Shown: positions 16,384 to 20,000 of the stretch, piece after piece
Layout: each line of letters begins with the position of its first letter
Position numbering within the stretch: the stretch's first letter is position 1
Origin: a bacterium UBP13_UBA5359
GTDB lineage: Bacteria; UBP13; UBA5359
Direction: 5' to 3'
DNA length: 20,000 nt
Assembly (NCBI GenBank): GCA_002410925.1
Contig: DHPR01000033.1
Coordinates: forward strand, 122,397-142,396
The notes under the pieces: model-generated
Told to the model about the DNA's origin: nothing
The model's database searches: none
What the model saw: only the letters and a program-made list of their open reading frames with translations
Translations under genes and position numbers: made by a program

Positions 16384-16653
16384 TCACTCTTCAACAACAA
16401 TACCCCCACGGCGTGAGGGACCGAACACCGGATCTTTATCACCGCTAAGAACCTCCCGGCCTTTAGCCTGAAACTCCGGACCAGCGAACCAAATATAGCA
16501 TTTAATGCCACCGCTTTTATTTTCAACTTCCATAAAATCATATCCTTTAGGACAGATAAACTTATCAGCTACACTGTCCCGGAGAACATCCAGGCAAGCA
16601 TCTTCTTGAGTATTATTACAGCAGAGACTACGGAATATTGCTTTAGCGTTACT
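16384..16653 (-). pseudogene. Start-less 89-codon open frame; probable 3' remnant of an unknown gene (or a 49-aa protein from ATG 16533)
   Basis: SNAKAIFRSLCCNNTQEDACLDVLRDSVADKFICPKGYDFMEVENKSGGIKCYIWFAGPEFQAKGREVLSGDKDPVFGPSRRGGIVVEE*; protein-like composition, no family recognised. Confidence 0.4.
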
Positions 16654-16677
16654 TTATGCGGTGGGCAATAAAATTAT

Positions 16678-17282
16678 TTACAGCCCTATTCCGGCAGAAG
16701 AGGCCCATTGCGACAAGCCGTTCAATATCATATCCGCTCCTATGGCGGCTATGAAGAGTCCCGTTATTCTTATCAACGGTCCCAGCAGCTTCCATGAATC
16801 GAGAAATTTTCCCAATCCCATAGAGTAGACCATTATAAAGAGATTTACGCCTGTTGCCAGGAGCAAAGAGAGCGTTACTACCAGCGGCCCATAAGCTGCT
16901 GTTTTGGATATGGCTGCAGTGATTGTGGCCGGGCCTGCTATCAACGGCATAGCGATGGGAACGCAAGAGATATCCTGTAAGCTTATGCCGGATTTCATCT
17001 CAAAAAACTCTCCACTTTGCAAGGCATGCAGTCCAACAATAAAAAGAACAGCGCCACCGGCCAGTTGCAGCGAATAGAGCTCAATCTGAAAAAGATTACG
17101 CACTTGGCTCGTAAGGCCAGCCGTCGTAATTCGGATTTATTCATAGAATCTCGCAGAGAGAAGCATATGCCTATCTTGCTGACGGGATTGATGAGTACTA
17201 TAAAGAGGAGAAAACTGCGAAAGAGTTCATCTATGAATCCTTCACCGGCTAATTCACCGGCTAATTGTGCTAAAGCAAACAT
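16678..17282 (-). pseudogene. MarC family membrane protein, frameshifted by an internal deletion
   Basis: N-part FLLFIVLINPVSKI...RRLALRA and C-part LFQIELYSLQLAGGAVLF...VPIAMPLIAGPATIT are in different frames with a junction near 17104; the helix normally between them is missing. Confidence 0.85.
17241..17266. repeat. 12-nt tandem duplication (TTCACCGGCTAA x2; encodes LAGE-LAGE)
   Basis: ttcaccggctaa ttcaccggctaa tt, in the 5' end of the MarC gene. Confidence 0.9.
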
Positions 17283-17337
17283 AAATGTATTCTACCCTTA
17301 TTATCTTGCGGTGGCAAGCAGCATAGACTCTCAAAAG

Positions 17338-19848
17338 CTATTTTCCTACAAAGATGCGTTGAACACGAGGGCCAAGCCTGGCCAAAAGTTCGTAAACTAT
17401 GGTATCAGAGAGATCGGCGGCAATTTCCGGGCGCAAAGAGTATCCATTATGTTTGCCGTATATGAGAACATCCGAGCCTATGCGAACATTATCTATGTCG
17501 TTGATATCTATCATGGCTGAATCCATGGAGATCCGGCCTATCAGATCGGCTTTTCTTCCGTTTACCAAAACATATCCTCTGTTCGACAGATTAAGCGGTA
17601 ATCCGTCATGGTATCCCATTGGAATGACTCCGATAGTAAATCCATCATATGGCACAACAAAGGTACTGCTGTAGCCGATTCTGTCGCCGCTCATATATTT
17701 ACGAATATCTGCTATTCGGCTAAGCAATGTTACGGCCGAATTCAGTTTCAGCTGCTCTTCCATCGCCGGTCTTGGGTAAAGACCGTAAAGCCCTAACCCG
17801 ATACGAACCATATCGAAGCGTGCTTCCGGAAAACGAATGCTGCCGGCAGTGGCGGCTGCATGGCAGGTAAGATCTCTCAGACCCAGCTCATACATTTGAG
17901 TCGCAGCTCTCTCAAAGCGCCGGATCTGGGTGCGGGTGAATTCATCTTCAGCAGGATCATCAGCGCAGGCAAAATGCGTTGCCAGGCCGGTAATTCGCAG
18001 ATTACGATGCGACATAACCTCTTTTGCAAGATCTGAAAGCTCTTCGGGCTTGATTCCCAGACGCCCCATGCCGGTATCTACTTTCAGATGAACATCTATC
18101 TTTTGCTCGCTCTCTTCTGCTGCTTTTGCCAATGAAGCTGCTAATTCGGCCGAGTAAATTACCGGGGTCAGCCGATGCCTAACGGCTTTATATACCTCAT
18201 CCTGCGTACATAGCATCACCAGTATAGGCAGATCAACTCCGGCGGTTCTAAGGGTCATGCCTTCATCAGCCGTCGATACGCCCAGCAGATCAAGGTCCAA
18301 TTCCTGTAGTTCGCGAGAGAGGCTTACCAGATCACTGCCGTATGCCATAGCCTTGACCATTCCGAGGATTTTACACTTAGGCCCTACCAGGCGGCGAAAT
18401 TGAGCTATATTCTCTGCTAAAGCCTCGACATCGACAATTAAGCGATTGGAGGCCATGGCATCGATGATCTCATGCGCAGCCTTATCTATGCCGGCACTGC
18501 TTGCACCTTTGAAAAGGACTTTATCACCATTATGCAGGTACGGCCTTAGATCGTTTGCCAGCCTATCGGTATCTTGACAGCGAAACACACGCCCTTCAGG
18601 GTAAAGAGCTTTATAGGCCTCTTCAGTGGCATCAAGCTCCTCCCCTCCTATCAGCACCAGTAACCCTATGCCATACCGGGCAGCCATTTCGCCTATATGG
18701 TAATGCTCGCGCTGCTCCAGTTGGCCGAGATGCTGCATACCTCCAAAGACGAAGATGCTGCGATCGCCCTGACGTGTTAAATGTGACAGGGAGCGTAGTG
18801 CCGACTGCACAGAGATGGGGTCGGCACTGCAGGAATCGTTAATGAGTGTTATGCCTGCCGGAGAGCGCCATATTTCCATTCTGGTGTGGGCCGGTTCATG
18901 AAACTGTAGGGCGTGAACGATATTCTTTTCATCGACACCCAATAAAAAAGCGGCGCATATGACGGCCTCAACGTCCGATACCATCTCTGCAGAGAAGGTT
19001 CGGAGCAGAATATTATGAATAGCGCCGGATGGGAAGCTGATATCCAGTATTGTTCCGTTAACAGCGGCCTTTCGATCACAAATAAACGGTAGCTTGCTAT
19101 TCTCGCTGCCGTAGCGATATATTTTACACTGCAGGCCACCAAGAAATTCATCTGCATAGCGGCAATCATGCGGAATCAACACCCAGCCGCCGGGATCGAT
19201 ATTTTTAAAGAGCTCCAGCTTCTCTCGAGCGATATTCTTACGAGTGCCGAAACCTGCTATATGCGCCATGCCTACATTAGTCAGGATGCCGCAATCCGGC
19301 TTCAATATCTCTTCCAGAGCGGCCATCTCACCGAGCTGAGAAACGCCGGCTTCAATAACTGCCATATCAATTTTGCCGGGCAGGCGAAGGACGGATAGAG
19401 GAACACCCAGCTGGCTGTTGTAGCTGCCCCGGCTTCCGCCGGCCAGGTAGGAGTATTGAAGAGCTTGTACCAGCGCATCTTTCACAATCGTCTTGCCATT
19501 GCTGCCGGTGACGGCTACCAGGCGCCCGGAAATTTTTCTTCTCCACCAGGCAGCCAGGCGCTGTAGCGCTGTCAGGGTATTCTTTACGATTATTATAGGC
19601 TTATCGCCGATTTGTGCTTGAATATCTTTATAATTGGAAGAGATAACGGCAGCAACAGCCCCGTTCCGAAAGGCATCTTCAACGAAATCATGGCCGTCAG
19701 TATGGATACCTTGGAGAGAAAAGAATAGAGCGCGGTTGCCTATCCGCCTGGAATCAATGGTTACGGTTTGTATCTTCTCATCGGTAAATATGCCCAGCAA
19801 TTTGCCTTCAATGATATCCGCCAGTTCGGTCAAAGAGATTGAATCCAT
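17338..19848 (-). CDS. alr: MurF-like ligase / alanine racemase fusion (836 aa)
   Basis: N-terminal Mur ligase fold (IDSRR, DGHDF, AVTGSNGKTIVK, SYNSQLGVPLS, RME); C-terminal Alr (MVKAMAYGS PLP Lys, HLKVDTGMGRLG, THFACAD, IGYSSTF, GYHDG, GRISMD, TIVYELL). Confidence 0.95.
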   Translation of the reverse strand: MDSISLTELADIIEGKLLGIFTDEKIQTVTIDSRRIGNRALFFSLQGIHTDGHDFVEDAFRNGAVAAVISSNYKDIQAQIGDKPIIIVKNTLTALQRLAAWWRRKISGRLVAVTGSNGKTIVKDALVQALQYSYLAGGSRGSYNSQLGVPLSVLRLPGKIDMAVIEAGVSQLGEMAALEEILKPDCGILTNVGMAHIAGFGTRKNIAREKLELFKNIDPGGWVLIPHDCRYADEFLGGLQCKIYRYGSENSKLPFICDRKAAVNGTILDISFPSGAIHNILLRTFSAEMVSDVEAVICAAFLLGVDEKNIVHALQFHEPAHTRMEIWRSPAGITLINDSCSADPISVQSALRSLSHLTRQGDRSIFVFGGMQHLGQLEQREHYHIGEMAARYGIGLLVLIGGEELDATEEAYKALYPEGRVFRCQDTDRLANDLRPYLHNGDKVLFKGASSAGIDKAAHEIIDAMASNRLIVDVEALAENIAQFRRLVGPKCKILGMVKAMAYGSDLVSLSRELQELDLDLLGVSTADEGMTLRTAGVDLPILVMLCTQDEVYKAVRHRLTPVIYSAELAASLAKAAEESEQKIDVHLKVDTGMGRLGIKPEELSDLAKEVMSHRNLRITGLATHFACADDPAEDEFTRTQIRRFERAATQMYELGLRDLTCHAAATAGSIRFPEARFDMVRIGLGLYGLYPRPAMEEQLKLNSAVTLLSRIADIRKYMSGDRIGYSSTFVVPYDGFTIGVIPMGYHDGLPLNLSNRGYVLVNGRKADLIGRISMDSAMIDINDIDNVRIGSDVLIYGKHNGYSLRPEIAADLSDTIVYELLARLGPRVQRIFVGK

Positions 19849-19860
19849 AAGAACGAAGCC

Positions 19861-20000
19861 TCACCTTTCTAATGCAGTTCCATTTATAAGCGCCTCTACT
19901 TCACCTTTAGCAGGCAATGAGGGAATTACGCCGCGTTCAGTGGTCACCAGCGCACCAACGGCGTTGGCTAGACGCAATACTACATGGTAATCCTCTTTAT
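19861..20000 (-). CDS. PfkB family carbohydrate kinase, C-terminal end (5' part outside window)
   Basis: KEDYHVVLRLANAVGALVTTERGVIPSLPAKGEVEALINGTALER* matches the PfkB C-terminal ANAxGALxxTxxGxxPxLP pattern; not in the ORF track. Confidence 0.85.
   Translation of the reverse strand, partial: KEDYHVVLRLANAVGALVTTERGVIPSLPAKGEVEALINGTALER

Noticed and set aside
16200-16541. 113-aa minus-strand ORF
   Set aside because: Runs through the AT-rich DegT promoter region and has no recognisable motif; the alternative frame looks more like coding sequence.
115-19990. Numerous antisense or alternate-frame ORFs in the track (e.g. 115..597, 5646..6164, 17017..17520, 19634..19990)
   Set aside because: They overlap well-supported genes and lack motifs or RBSs; treated as shadow ORFs.
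1-20000. CRISPR arrays, tRNA/rRNA genes, IS transposases, integron attC arrays
   Set aside because: No regularly spaced repeats, cloverleaf or rRNA signatures, or transposase motifs seen; the recombinase lacks the IntI-specific insertion and no repeated attC-like hairpins were found.

Overview
Bacterial chromosomal window in two parts. Left (1-10265, + strand): conserved housekeeping genes: 5'-truncated mutL, miaA, an AEC-family transporter, a ferritin/rubrerythrin-like protein, a DUF1638-like protein, leuB, dapF, dapL and hflX. It also holds two small membrane proteins, one of them a lmo0937-like 52-aa gene missing from the ORF track, and an orphan ~90-nt RHS/YD-repeat fragment. Right: an intact Xer-type tyrosine recombinase, an Fsr-like MFS transporter and a perfect 16-6-16 inverted repeat with dif-like TAA-N6-TTA geometry. 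Beyond that repeat is a minus-strand stretch (~12.5-17.3 kb) rich in deletion scars: an H-X9-DG prepilin-family tail joined to a truncated AraC paralog, an intact AraC, a decayed 72-nt copy of part of the neighbouring DegT gene, an internally deleted serine hydrolase, an intact DegT-family aminotransferase, a start-less ORF remnant and a frameshifted MarC. The window ends with a MurF-Alr fusion and the 3' end of a PfkB kinase. No rRNA, tRNA, CRISPR array or transposase was seen. The best candidate for something new is the Xer plus symmetric dif-like site at the edge of the decaying region; this is an untested inference. All family calls come from motif recognition by eye, not database searches.
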